A DNA stretch of 62,836 bases, filler included, from Sphacelaria rigidula (taxonomy: Eukaryota), in NCBI GenBank assembly GCA_964200075.2. It is 3 parts of 3 records of this genome, joined end to end, with 100 filler letters (N's around TTAATTAATTAA, not from the genome) between each part and the next. Parts side by side here need not be neighbours in the genome. Positions count along the whole stretch, not along the records: positions 20,983 to 41,862 come from CAXNAA020000485.1; 2 more parts are not named here. The stretch is one strand, 5' to 3'. Within the stretch, counting starts at the first letter, position 1. Every line of letters begins with the position of its first letter. Both the position numbers and the translations under genes were made by a program. Of this stretch, positions 23,791 through 36,785 are shown in pieces. A model generated the notes under the pieces. It had not been told where the DNA came from, ran no database searches, and saw only the letters and a program-made list of their open reading frames with translations.

Positions 23791-23941
23791 TTAACAAGAG
23801 GCGGTCAAAGGGTTTAATTTCGTCGCCAGTTCGTCTCTTAATGGTATATCCAAATCTTTGATAGACTGACCCAGCTACACTCTAACCCTAACCCCAACCG
23901 TAATCCACCAATGAAGGCAGATGGTAAACATTCAGGCACCG

Positions 23942-24282
23942 GGCACTTTCTGCGATAGCTTTTCCCCCCTCCCCCCAAATACTCCCCCCCCCCAAACCAG
24001 CCTAAACCTTCCACGAAGAAAAAGGTCGTACAGCGCCTGATGTTTGATTTCAGGCTGCATAAAGCGCTTTATATGGGCGACATTGGCGAAAACGAACCCA
24101 AGCGTGAGACTTCCCAGCCGCTCGTTGTGCTCGGCTCACGTATTTTTCGAGTGAAAATGATGCCGATGCCACAAATCAGCTGCTCGCTGTGCTTGGCTTC
24201 TTTCATTTCGATTTACGTGGTGTAGATTTTACCCCTCCAAACCAGCCACTTTTGGGGGGGGGAGCTATCGCAGAAAGTGTCA
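23942..24282. mobile_element. MITE with TIR CACTTTCTGCGATAGC
   Basis: Left CACTTTCTGCGATAGC, right GCTATCGCAGAAAGTG. Homologous pieces at 19490-19671, 24390-24540 and 1-50. Confidence 0.65.
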
Positions 24283-25318
24283 CCGAGACTATCCTATGGC
24301 TCTCGGAGTCACAGGGTGCTTTGTCCTACGGCGCCAATCCCAACCCTTCAACCGCCGGAGGTGTTCATTTATTTGTGGAGTAGGCCTGATTCTCATGTAT
24401 TTTTGAAGTGAAAATGATGCCGATTCCATGAACCATCTGCTCGTTCTGCTCGGCTTAGTTCATTTCGATTCACGTGTAGATTTTGCCTCTCCAAACCAGC
24501 CATTTTTTGCGAGGGGGGGCTATCGCAGAATATGTCACTTAGGGAACCCATTACTAGAAGAATTTGTGGCATCGGCATCATTTTCAGGCCCTCTTCAAGT
24601 AAAAACGATGTGAATTCTACAAATGAACACTTCCGGCGCTAGAGAATTCACCAGAAGCTGGAGGTCTGGCGGAGCATGTGTCGTTGAGCACAAAAACAGA
24701 GAGATCTTCAGTGCATCATGCAACCCCCCTGCCCTGAGCCGTGGTGTCTTCTGTGATATTTGGTTATGCGTACGACCGGTACGAATCACATTGCCTTCTG
24801 CGAGGTGAAGTGATGCCGAGTTGCATCAATCCCTCGGCCGCGAGAGTATCCTATCTCGATCATGCATGATTCTTTCAAGTGAAATTGATGCCGATTCAAC
24901 AGATGACCTATCCTCGCCGTCTAGGGGTGACAACCGTTAGACCGCGAGGGGTAGTCCATCTGGATCATTCATACTTTTCTCCAGTGAAATTGATGTCGAC
25001 TGAACAGATGACCTACTCTCTCTCGCCTTCTAAGGGCCAACCCTTAGACGACGAGAGTAGGTCATATGTTGAATCGGCATTAACTTCACTTGAAAAACGT
25101 ATGCGAGGTCCGGATGAACTACCCTCGCGGTCTGAGGGTAAATGTTGGCGTGGATTCCTACAAGCTGTAAACACGAAACAACCCAGTAGGGGTGATCATC
25201 TGTTGAATCGGCATCAACTTCAACTGGGAGAAAAATACATAATCCGTGGCCAATAATCTTCCGTGGGAAACTCCTGCAACACATATGGTTGACTTGGTGA
25301 GCTTTTCGGCTCTTATTA

Positions 25319-25525
25319 GAGGTATCTCAAACTCGGCTCCGGTATCCTGGTTTGTTTTGTTCTATTTTCCAAGTGAAAGTGATGCCGATTCATCAGATGA
25401 TGTAACCCTTTGACCGCCAGGTCAGGTCCTCCTATGAATCGCGATCACTTTCACTTGAAGAAATAGTACACAACTCGGAGCCAGTGAATAAACCAGGATA
25501 CCGGAAGCCGAGTTTGAGATACCTC
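25319..25525. mobile_element. TA-flanked MITE (~35-bp TIR GAGGTATCTCAAACTCGGCTCCGGTATCCTGGTTT)
   Basis: Near-perfect terminal inverted repeats with TA on both sides; second copy at 29019-29229. Confidence 0.8.
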
Positions 25526-25537
25526 TATTATGCGAGT

Positions 25538-25604
<67 letters not shown>

Positions 25605-25756
25605 NNNNNNNNCCATACCCCTTTTATGCGCGAAGTCCCCCCCCCCCCCCTTCCCCCGGCCGCCGCCGCCGCCGCCACCCCGAGGCCACCCTTGGATGTC
25701 CCTGCACTGTCAGCTTGTGAAATTGGTTTGAGGCGACGCTCGCTGTCGCAGGGTTA

Positions 25757-26305
25757 AGACCATCCTTTATGGCAGTCACCGATCTCGATTTTTACGCAGG
25801 TCGGGGGAAAATAATCGGGGAACGCGTTCTATGGACACCGATTTGGGAAAAACATGGGGTCACGATTTCAGAACATTTTCCACCCATTTTTATCGGAGGA
25901 AATCTGAGGTCCCCCCGATTTCGAGGAGGCGAAGTACATGCACTGACGTACAATGGTACAGGACGAGGCGTTTGATATTTCTGCAACCGCAGCAGAAGAC
26001 AGTCTCGTGACAACGCAGTGTGTGCCTGCCCGTGCCAGCTGCTGCAGCAGCTTCGTGGAGTGTCCTGCACTGTATTACCCTAGGGTACCATGGTACGACA
26101 CTGTACTTGAAGGGGTATTCACCGTCTGCCTGCTCTTCGGCTTCATGCATGAGTACGCAATACCACGCTCGTGCAAAAAATGTCCGTCAGTGTACAGAAC
26201 GATTTCACAAATCTGTGATACCATGAAGCGGTCCCCCCGATTTTGAGTTCGCGAATTTGAGTCCCTGTCTCACAATATCGAGATTCGTTGCCGGAAAAGA
26301 TGGTA
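25757..26305. mobile_element. MITE, AGACCAT-TIR family, copy 1
   Basis: Left AGACCATCCTTTATGGCAGTCACCGATCTCGAT, right ATCGAGATTCGTTGCC..AAGATGGT; body nearly identical to 26981-27786. Confidence 0.7.
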
Positions 26306-26980
26306 AATGAGCCCAAATATTAATAGATGACGCATCATAGAATATATGCAACATCGGTGGAATTGGATTTGGGCAGGGGGTGCATTGTGACGCAGCGGAC
26401 GAGAAAATAGCCGTCTCCAGGGGCGGCTACTACCGTGAATTTGGGGGTGGTATTCGTGATTTTGGCCTGTATAGCGTATAGCATTACTTCTACATTATGT
26501 CCGGGTATTTTTCATACACTTGACACGTAAAAAGGTGAAGAAAAAGCACCTGACCCCGGGCTTGACCCTTTGACCGCAAGGGTTGGTTACCTGCTGAATC
26601 GGCATCAATGTTCACTCGAAAAAAGTATGCATGATCTAGATGGACTACCCGCACCGCGGTGTAAGGGGTAAACGCGCGCATCCCCTCACCCCCCGAATAT
26701 GATCACGCGGGCACTCGTGTATATCTACCGTTTTGGCCTGTTACACACGAACTGCGATGCGACTGAACACACGAGTGCATCGATCAAACACGGGAACAAT
26801 GAAGTGCTTATTCACGATCGTCGTTTCTCCCTCCCCGCGGATATCGCTGTGAGCTGCAGACCAAGACAAAGGCTGGGTTGAGGCGACAGGATCACCTTAG
26901 TTTAGCCCATTGCTTCGCTAGTTCTATTTTATTTATGATTCCTTTTTTTGCTTCACTACTTTCTTACAAGGTGTTATAAT

Positions 26981-27786
26981 AGACCATCCATCTATTATGC
27001 CAATGACCGATCTCGATTTTTTTCAACATCGAGGGAAAAAAAGTTGGGGTGTCGCGATCTCAGCACAATTTCCCCCCATTTTCCGAAACAATCGGAGAAA
27101 ATCATTCCGAGATCGCGACTGCCCCCGATTTCGAGGAGGCGAAGTACGTGCACTCACGTACAATGGTACAGGACGAGGCGTTTGATATTTCTGCAACCGC
27201 AGCAGAAGACAGTCTCGTGACAACGCAGTGTGTGCCTGCCCGCGCCAGCTGCTGCAGCAGCTTCGCACGGGGTTTCGCAAATGGATAATAACTATTGGCG
27301 CCCCACCCTGTGGCGATGGTAATATCTCGTGCTGCACTGCGCTGCCACATCGATCACTATACCGAACGGTGCTGTACTCTCCTAGCCTGTTGTCGATGTA
27401 GTTGCAGGGTGATGTTTTGGACTGGACTACTGAACTCTTCTCGCGCACTGACTGCTCACTGTTCTTGCAATACCGACTGTGCAATCATCATGTACTACCA
27501 CACGGCATTATCATGCACTGTAATCATGGAGTGTCCTGCACTGTAATACCCTAGGGTACCACAGTACGACACTGTACTCGGAGGATTATTCATCGTCTGC
27601 CTGCTCTTCGGCTTCATGCACGAGTACGCACTTCCGCACTGGTGCAGAAAATATCCGTCTGTGTACAGAACCATTTCACAAAACTAGGATACCGTCTGTA
27701 CCATGAAACGGTCCTCCCGATTTTGAGTTCGCGAATTTGAGTCCCCATCAAAAATAATCGAGATTCGTTGCCATAAAACATGGTCT
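26981..27786. mobile_element. MITE, AGACCAT-TIR family, copy 2 (extra ~260-bp internal segment)
   Basis: AGACCATCC...ATCGAGATTCGTTGCCATAAAACATGGTCT|TA; shares long blocks with copy 1. Confidence 0.7.
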
Positions 27787-28257
27787 TATATACATCGTAT
27801 CATCGACGGGCAACAGTGAATTCCTTCATATTGTCGATGCTGTCATACTCCTTCATAGGTAGTTCTCGGTTCTTTAGGATCAGTGTCTTCTGGGTCGCTA
27901 AGAGTCTTGATTTTCGGTCGAGTTTTGTCCATGTTTGCATGTTGAAATGGGTTCATTTTGGGCACATACCTCAGACGGAGGATGGGCGGAGATTGACGGT
28001 TATTCTTTGGTTCTGTACGATCAGTGTCTTCTATCTCGTTTCAATTCTTCATTTTCGTTCGGGGTTTGTCGTTTTTTGAATGTTGAATACGTTCACCTCG
28101 CGTAGATTTCTCGGACGGAGAATGGGTCAAACTTCACTGCTACCTTTTTCGTTGTGCAGGGCCGGTGTTTTCTACCCCGTTCCGATTCTTTTTCGGGCGG
28201 GTTTTATCGTCGGTGACGATGTTTGAAGGTCCAAATAGGCAAAAAAAAGAAGAATGT

Positions 28258-28345
28258 GTTATCTCTGAATAATCTCCGCGTGTCACAGGAGTTATTTCTG
28301 AATAATATCCTCGTGTCACAAGTTTTATTTCTGAATCATATCTTC
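28258..28345 (+). repeat. 33-bp tandem repeat (~2.7 copies)
   Basis: GTTATYTCTGAATAATMTCCKCGTGTCACARG units. Confidence 0.8.
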
Positions 28346-28520
28346 GCCTCTCAGAACTTCTCCACGTGGGCAACGGCCGATGCCGGTAGCAACACTCCTC
28401 ATTACCCTTTGCCTTGGGGAACGCTCCATTGAGCGGGGGCGCGAAGCGCCTAAAACCTTGTACAAGTAATACATTTCATATTTTTCGCCGCTGAAGAGCC
28501 TTGGATGCAGGTGCACTTCT

Positions 28521-28725
28521 TCACTTGATTTTAGACTACGGCTAAACGGAGTCATTCCGTCGTTTCCAGGAGCTCTGAGAGGCCAGCATTTGCTCACACT
28601 TGATTTTAGAGTACGACGAAACGGTGTCATTCGGTCGTTCTCAGAAGCTCAGAGAGGCGAGCAGTTGCTCTTACTTGATTTGAGAGTACAGCAAAACGGG
28701 GTCATTTCGTTTTCTCAAGCTCTGA
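28521..28725 (+). repeat. ~75-bp tandem repeat (~2.7 copies, plus a degenerate copy at ~28885-28935)
   Basis: CACTTGATTTTAGAGTACGNCNAAACGGNGTCATTCNGTCGTT...AGCTCTGAGAGGC units. Confidence 0.8.
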
Positions 28726-29018
28726 CAAAGTAGCATTGCATGATTCCCCTTCAGGAGGTTTCGGGAGCATCGCTTCCACGGCAGTGCTCTGCATGGTGTT
28801 TTCCGCTTTCTTTCCTCGCCATGGCGGTAGACCCTCCGTGCGTCCATGTCACACCGCACACAGGACTGTCAGAATCGCTCCCAGGGGCTCTGAGACAGGT
28901 GCACTTTTTCACTTGCTTTTAGAGAAACGGGGTCTCTTTGTGACCCTTTGACCGTCGGAGATGCCACCTCTTGCCGTATACAGGTTACTCGAAAATTGAA
29001 TCAGAATCATGCTCAGTA

Positions 29019-29229
29019 GAGATATCTCAAACTCGGCTCCCGGTATCCTGGTTTCTTTTGTTCTATTTCTTCAGGTGAAAGTGATGCCCATTCATCAGAT
29101 GATGTGGCCCTTTGACCCCCAAGCCAGGTCCTCCTATGAATCGCGATCACTTTCACTTGAAAAAATAGTACACAACTCAGAGCCAGCGAAAAAAACAGGA
29201 CACCGGGAGTCGAGTTTGAGATACACCTC
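29019..29229. mobile_element. TA-flanked MITE, second copy of the 25319 family
   Basis: TA|GAGATATCTCAAACTCGGCTCCCGG ... CCGGGAGTCGAGTTTGAGATACACCTC|TA. Confidence 0.75.
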
Positions 29230-29439
29230 TAGTTGGATAGATTGTGCGGAACGACTCTCCGTCCAATCTCAGCGCACACGGAAAGCATGTTGTGATCTTG
29301 CCCGCATGTCGAATCGTCTCGACTATACTTCCCTTTTCCTGTCTCTGGACTGCTGTTGTTGTTGCTGCTGCTTCTGCTCTGCCATACATGCGTTTTTTCG
29401 TCATGAGGCGGCTTCTATTGTTCATATGTTAGTCGGCAG

Positions 29440-30000
29440 ACGGCCGCTCTGGTGGCTCAGTTGGTAACCCCCTAACCTTATGGCGAATGGGTCGTCGGTT
29501 CGAACCTCAGTGCAGTCACATGATCTGGAATTTCATCTCACACCATGTTCAACAGTGGACAGCGACCACAATGTTTTCGTGAGATTGAGAGTAGAGCGCT
29601 GGTTGAGAGTGACTTTGACAATTCGCTTCAACGAAGCCAGTTTTTCATTCCGTGCGTGCTTTTCTTCACCTCTAGCACTGATGTGTGCATACAGCTACAC
29701 GTCGATATCTTGCTCACAGTAGACTTTACCACTCGGTAGTTGACAGATAGTTGTCGGAAATTTAAAGTCACCTCCTTGCTCAGGGGTGTCAAGGGTCTCA
29801 GTGGCAAGCTCCTACAGTACAGAGAGCATCTTCAGCCTCATGGAGGGGCATTTCGGAACTGAAACGATTCATTGACCAATTGACCGCTTTTCACTCTCAA
29901 TCGTATCTTCTATTCTCATAATTCGGTTTCACGGTCGACGAGCGAAAGGGACCGCTGAACCCCTCTCGCGATGAAAAGTAAGGCGACCACCACAGAATTT
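29440..30000 (+). mobile_element. SINE family A interrupted by a MITE (29571-29920)
   Basis: GGTGGCTCAGTTGG (A-box) and GGTTCGAACC (B-box); SINE body resumes at ~29921 (ATTCGGTTTCACGGTCGACGA..AAAGGG). Confidence 0.75.
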
Positions 30001-32204
30001 CCTATGTTGACCTCCTTTTTGTGTTACACGGAATCCCGGAAACATGTGGCTTGCACCCAGGGGCGTTTCCATCAGTCGGTAATATTTTTTGTTGGAAACG
30101 ATTTAAAAATGATGTCGATTCATACAAAGGCCCCGCCGTGCAGATCACATGTTTCTGGAGATCCCGTCACAAAAGGGTTGATCCTTTGACCGATAGGGTA
30201 GGTCATCTGGACCACGCTGTACTTTGTGAAGTCCAAGTAACTGATGCCGATTTAACAAGAGATAACTCATCGTGGCGATCAAATGGTCAAATCCGTTGCC
30301 ACTATATGGGTTCTTGGTTTGCGGGGGCGGTCAGTTCCTCAAGTTCACTTTTGATTGTGATGCCTTGTGTTGAGCCTTCGTACATACTCATAATCCATGT
30401 TGCTCTTCGGCCTGAAAACGAAACAAAAAAAGTTATCTTGAAAATCGAAGCGGCATCATGCTCATGAAACACTCAGTCGATAAGATAAATGTTTCCCGCC
30501 GCTTTCCATCAACAATTTGACGGCGAAAATTAGGTAATTTGTTGAAGTGACATCAATTTCACTCAATAAAAGTGTCCATGATCCAGACTTGCTACCGTGC
30601 TCAGTCCATGAGCTTACACAACGCACGCAGCTATCACCGGTGCTCATGTACCTTGGCTGTCGATCCTGGTCGATCTACTGATCGTGGCGGCGAAGCCGGA
30701 GAATCGCCACGTTACGGTTGTCGTGTGCTCAACTGTCCTGCTATTTCTGGAGCCCGTTTCGTACAATGGGTCATGTCTGTGATGTTGAATCCGGGGTTGT
30801 CCGTGTTTCGGGGGATATCGGTCGCTACTGTTGGTCGAGTGTTCTTTGCTGTTTATGGACGGCTTTCGCACGACGGGATAGTCTGTCATGTTGAAGCCGT
30901 GGTCGTCGCCTACCGTGTTTCGGGGGATATCGGTCGCTGCTGCTGGTCGATTGTTGTCTTACTTCTTCCGTTTCTCTTATATACCGACTACATTGCGGGT
31001 ATTGCCTGCTGCGTTGTTGCCCACGAAGGAGGGGGGATGAATATTTTTTGCCTTTTCAGTTGCTGTTTCTATACCCTGTTCCGTACGATGGGCGTTTCTG
31101 CGGTGCAATAGTACTGGACTCATGGTTGCGAACACTCGTGTGTGTCCGTCGCAAGTCTTTGTGTCCCCAGGTATCGGGCTCCTATCCGTTGCTGTGGGTG
31201 GAAAACGTAAATGAGTGTCTTCGTATCTGTTCTTCGACGGTGGAGGTAGTCTTTTGCCCGTTCTACTGTATCTGTACAATCGCCAAAACATCATTAAGTC
31301 TCTTCTTCATATCCTGCCCCCGGGACACGGGTCTCCAGGTGCACACAACACAATATACTGCAGTTGAAGCTATGATCTATTCCGTCATCTACTGCGGGCA
31401 ACGATGACCGGTCCTCATGTACCTTGGCTATCGATCTCATTGAGCGTGGCGGCTGAAGCCGCCGAACCCGTTGTAAATATTCACGTTGAGGAACACTCAA
31501 TAAATAGCCATTTGGGGGAGACTTGGGTAAGGTAGCGCCCATGATTGTTAGCCCTATCTGCCACCGCAAGATGCGATGTACGCTGGACGCAAATTAGCGG
31601 TGCAGATGGATGTCTTTAGCTTGTTTAAGCAAGCACCGCAGAGCATTGTGGTATTTGTCTGGTCTTGTTCTTGTCGTGTAAGTGTCATGTGCAACGGATT
31701 GCTGCAACCCATAAATATAACTTGGCCCCACTTGGCGCCGAAGGTATGCGGAAAATTCAAGCTTCATTAACACGATTTTTTTTTTATATTTATGTATGAG
31801 ATTTAGTGATCGCCCCTCCCCGACCGAAAGATGGCGCAATGTCAGTATTGAAGGATGTGACGAGCAGATCTTAAANNNNNNNNNNGCCGAAGGTATCCGG
31901 AAAAGTCAGGCTTCTTTACCCCGATTTTTTTTTTATATTTATGTATGAGATTTAGTTATCCCCCCCCCCCCCCGAATAACTCCAGGATTCATGAAAGGGG
32001 CATAGGGTCTGGGATTTTTTTATGTGCACCCCTGGGGCATCCAGAGAACTGTACCCTACAAAACACGACCTTCGTATCATCATCACCCCTGTGGTGAGAC
32101 CTACATCACTACAGCAATGTCGAAATACAGATGATAGTTTACGAAAACTCTGAACGGCTTCACAGGATCGATTAAGAAAGACTTCACGAACAATCGCAGT
32201 AGTA

Positions 32205-33085
32205 CTTGTGCACTGGATGGTCAACATCTATCGACTTCACGTACACTCCCAAAGAGTACATGAAGGAGCATTCACAGCTGCCCGTCCTCTGGAGGCCCTT
32301 GGGCATGCGACAACATCGCCGACGGCCTTGACGACTGTCGGTGGCAGCTCATACTCTGTGCTGTACATGTCGATGACGGCCTGGGGTTTGATGAGCACGA
32401 CATCATCACCATCAACGTCGATAACGTGCGTCTTGCTACCTGATCCCCTGGTGGCGCAGGTGAACCGTCCCGCTCGAGCCACCACTCGAGTCTAGGGGTG
32501 ATCGATCCATCCTGACGGTCTGCAGTGCTGATCATGTTTCGTGTTCAGCGGTACCTCGTATCCCGTCAAATCCCAAACTACAGAACTTTTCAAGATTGAA
32601 TTATTGTTGGTGGGCAGTTTTGAATGGAGGAGTTGGGTGGGTTGATTGATGAAAGGTACATGTCCAGGTCATCAGGTTGTGTTTGGATCTAAACTATATC
32701 CATACCCACCTGAGGTACATTCCTGTGCTCATACCTGCAATCGGGTATATCTTCAACGGTATACCCGAACCCCGGGTAGGGGTATGGGAGGCTTACAGAG
32801 CTCACGGAACTGTCGGGTACCGGTACTGGGTGAAATTCTTACAGAAATTACAGAATTTGTCGGGTACGGTACGGGAGGCGTACAGAAAATCGGTACCGGC
32901 AATCGGGTATTCTTCAAGAGCATACCCGCGCTTCGGGTACGGGTGAACATTCTGTACAGAACTCACAGAACCGTCGGGTAAGGGTATTGGAAGCTTACAG
33001 AACTCACAGAAACTGTTGGGTAGGGTATGGAGATTGCACAGAAAACCGTACCCGCAATCAGGTATCTTATCAAGAGCGTACCCAA
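32205..33085 (+). repeat. Interspersed repeat with internal ~40-bp minisatellite, copy 1
   Basis: Colinear similarity with 57530-58690; internal units ACAGAACTCACAGAACTGTCGGGTAGGGTATGGGAGGCTT. Confidence 0.8.
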
Positions 33086-33894
33086 TGTAAATGGGCGAAA
33101 AAAGGATCTAATTCGAACAGCTTCTTCTGCTGCGCGAATCCCATGCACACTGGCAGATTTGGAATTTGAACAGCAGGAGAAGCTCGAAATAAATTTTCTT
33201 TGCCCTCCATTTCATCCGGAGATTTGGGGAAAAGAGATTTATTGCGAACCGCGTCAGCTGGGCATATCCCGCATACTGCACCGTCATCAGTATATGGGAT
33301 CCGACAAGCAGAACAAATTGTTGAAAATAAATCATCAATTTGCTCCCCGATCCATGCACATGGGCTAAAGGATGAATAATTCTCAACAGCTTTTGCTGAA
33401 TGGAGATCCGACACACTGACTACGATCGAGCGTATGTCCACACGCCTACGAGTTTAGATACTAAGCTTCCGCTCAAGACGTGAATACTGGGATAATGGTG
33501 CATACCTCGCATATGACTGCACATTGCTTTTGAAAACCCCGCGGTCCGCGGTCTACCAAAATCACTCAACCGAGTATGCTTTTGTTAGAGAGTTTTTCGT
33601 TTGATTGTTATTAGAAGCACAAAATATTTTCGTCGTACACAACAACCTAGGTGGCTCAATGGGCATATATTTTCCAACTTTCAGCATGAAAAGTGGTGTT
33701 CTCTGGGGCGTTTTCCCATGTCACATCGTTTTCTTGTGGCAGACAACTTTGGATTGTTTCAAAAGTTTGGTTCCAACGCAGTCGTACAGTATCATGGATA
33801 GTACTGTGTGTTACACTGAACACAAGACAGAAGTCCAACAGTGTGTAGTCCAACAGTGCACTACAGGTACCCAACGCACAACATCAAAGAAGTG

Positions 33895-34258
33895 ACACGG
33901 ACTGTATACAGTCAGCTGCTTGCCATCGAGAATAACGCCATATGATGCTGTTGTTGCACTGCTGTTGTACAAGACACCACGCTGTCTGTACACAGCTGTC
34001 TGTGTACTGTGCAGGCTATCCAAGAGGCGGCACGAGTAGTGGGAGTATTCCTGTATCGCACCACTTGTCAACTGCGTTCAGAGCGCTATAGGCCCTGTAC
34101 TCCTGTACTATTGCTGTTGTCTGCTGTCCGCTGCACATAGTGTACAATCCGCACAGCAGATAGCAGACAACGGTACTTGTAGTACAATGACGGTGTGATT
34201 TTACAAGTGTCCCTACTTGCGGGTATACGGCCGTGTAAAGTACACGCGTGCTCGACTG
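33895..34258 (+). repeat. ~395-bp repeat unit, dispersed copy
   Basis: High identity to the tandem units at 36170-36785. Confidence 0.85.
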
Positions 34259-36169
34259 TTTTCAGTAGGAATGGAGGCCGATTTTGGGTACTATATTCAT
34301 GGAAAGTGCAAGCTGCACGCTACATGCGTCGGAAGTGGTCCGTAATCCAACGAATCAGATCAATTGAAAATACACGCGTCACCTACAAATGACAATTTGG
34401 CTCAGAAAAATGAACTATATTTCTAGTACATTCATTCAAGCCTGGGAGTGGTCGGTGTTAAGGTGATTTTGTTCCTCCGGAAAGCTCGCTCCACATCAGT
34501 AGATGGACAATCTTGTTGCACTAGCTAATAGTGTCCTTCCTCTGTCTGTACCAGTCGGGAAGCATACGCCCGCGAGCTGCCACCCCACGTTTCCGTCATT
34601 GCGAGATAACAAAAAAAGAGCACGAACAGCAGCTGTTGTGGCCGCTACACACCAACGTAACTGCAGTGAAACGCGTGCCTGACATTGTGCTAGAACGCGA
34701 ACGTACGGAAATTTGGAGATCATGAGCAGCAGCGTCGCGCATCAGAAAGCTACTGAGAACGATGCTTATGATGTTGACGATCAAGAGGTTCATGCTGTGC
34801 GGATTGGCTACGCGCTGCATGTCCTACACACAGCTATGACTGCAGGATTGGAGAGTGAATTTCTCATGGGCCCCATGGGGTCAGGGTCATGGCATGAGTG
34901 GAAGGAATCTCATCTTGTCAGTCCCTTGGGCACGGTCTGGTTCTCTCTGTCCAGATCAACATCTTCAACATAATTTTCTCTCTATTTTCAGTATGTACGA
35001 ATATGTGTACAGGCAGTCACTTGAAACATCGTGGCCCTGCCGACCTAGGCATACATGGTGCGCAGTCTGAAATCAAAATCACTCTTTGCGCCTTGGCTTC
35101 TCCGCTGAAACCCTCAGACACAACAGCCGAAGTTCATGTGTGACCTCGCTCTCTGCAACTCAATACATGAAGGGTACTTGCTGTTGCAAGGCGAATTTGC
35201 CCTTCGTGCACAGCCGTACAGAACAAAGCAGCAGCACCTGGTGGCATGCCACATAGTGAAAAATGAAGCTTCTCAAACATTGCATAGTTTGCATCTCATT
35301 CTGATACTATTAACATAATAGTATATGCAGACAGTTACTAAATACATGACCGCGGTCACCAGCAGATGTAACGCACATACTCGTACTAGAATCACTCTCT
35401 ACGCCTTGGCTTCTGCACTGGAGCCCTGACATGAAGCAGCCGCCGGCTTTATCCTTCTTCTGTCAGCTCTCCCTTTGTAGTTCGACGATTCAAAGGATAC
35501 TCGCCGTTGAAAGGCGAATTTGCCCTTTGTGCACAGCCGCTGAGAACAAAGCAGCGCCTGGGGGCACGCAACCCAAGTGCATGACGTCACAACTTGCTTG
35601 CAGGAGGAAAAGTAGTATGCGTACCGATTTTTTTGTATTTGCCATCTTCGACCTCGAAAGACGCTACTGATCCTCGACCCGAAAGTGCCGATCGCGCCCC
35701 GCGCACAACTCGGCAACGAAGCGAGGGATTGGACTGCGGTTTCTTGCGTGTGCTTCCCACTCACCCAAGCTATGTTCCAACGGTTAGTTGTTGCGTTTGC
35801 GCGTGATGCTGACTCGCAAATAACCTAAACATACTAAAATAAGGTGTTTCTGCTCTGGGAGGGGATTTTCGTGCCGCTGACGCGACACCAGCAAGATACC
35901 AATTGTGAGCCCCTAGATCTTGTGTGTATGCGGGGGGCTGTCAAGTGCCATGGACCGGCTTGCTTCCTGTGTCGAGAACCGCGCGATCTCCAGTGCTACA
36001 GCTTTCCCATACTACGCCAACTGAATAGGTGATGAAGTGTGTGTTCTGTTCGTGAGGGCCTCGGCACAGGTCCGACCACCTACTGACGTGTTTATTATTC
36101 CTCCGCGTTATTTATTATTTCAAATATTGTGCCGATGTTTGGTCGTTAGGGCCCCCATTCCTACCCATA

Positions 36170-36785
36170 ACTGTATGGATGCTCTAACGACACGGACTCT
36201 ACACAGTATGCATCAGCTGCTTGCCATCGAGAATAATGCCATATGATACCGTTGTTGCACTGCTGTTGTACAAGACACCACGCTGTCTGTACACAGTGGT
36301 GTCTGTGTACTGTACAGGCTATCCACGTGCGGCACGAGTAGTGGGAGTATTCCTGTATCGCACCACTTGTCAACTACGTTCAGAGCACCATAGGCCCTTT
36401 ACAGCAGCACTCCTGTACTACTCTCCTGTTGTCTGTTGTCCGCTGTACATAGTGTTGAGTCCGCACAGCAGACAGCAGACAACGGTACTTGTAGTACAAT
36501 GATGGTTTGATTTCACAAGTGTTCTACTTGCGGGTATACGGCCGTATATAGTACACACATGCTCGACTGTATGGATGCCCTGACGACACGGACTGTACAC
36601 AGTATGCATCAGCTGATTGCCATCGAGAATAATGCCATATGATACTGTTGTTGCACTGCTGTTGTAAAGGACAACATGCTGTCTGTACACAGTTGTGTCT
36701 GTTCACTGCACAGGCTATCCGCGTGGCGGCACGAGTACTGGGAGTATTCCTGTATCGCACCACTTGTCAACTGCTCTCAGAGCAC
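36170..36785 (+). repeat. ~395-bp tandem repeat (~1.5 copies)
   Basis: ACTGTATGGATGCYCTRACGACACGGACT recurs at 36170 and 36566. Confidence 0.85.

Noticed and set aside
23882-23900. Telomere-like CTAACCCTAACCCC
   Set aside because: Only about two degenerate units, too short to call an interstitial telomere.
25541-25680. Poly-Pro/poly-Gly ORFs from a long poly-C run
   Set aside because: Homopolymer next to Ns; probably a sequencing or assembly artefact, or a simple repeat.
28258-28725. CRISPR-like periodic repeats (also 32780-33030 and 58180-58640)
   Set aside because: Units are contiguous degenerate tandem repeats without unique spacers, no cas genes are present, and the context is eukaryotic.
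30632-31475. ~70-bp direct repeat (30632 and 31403) suggesting LTRs
   Set aside because: Short and diverged, with no TG..CA ends, PBS, PPT or TSD seen.
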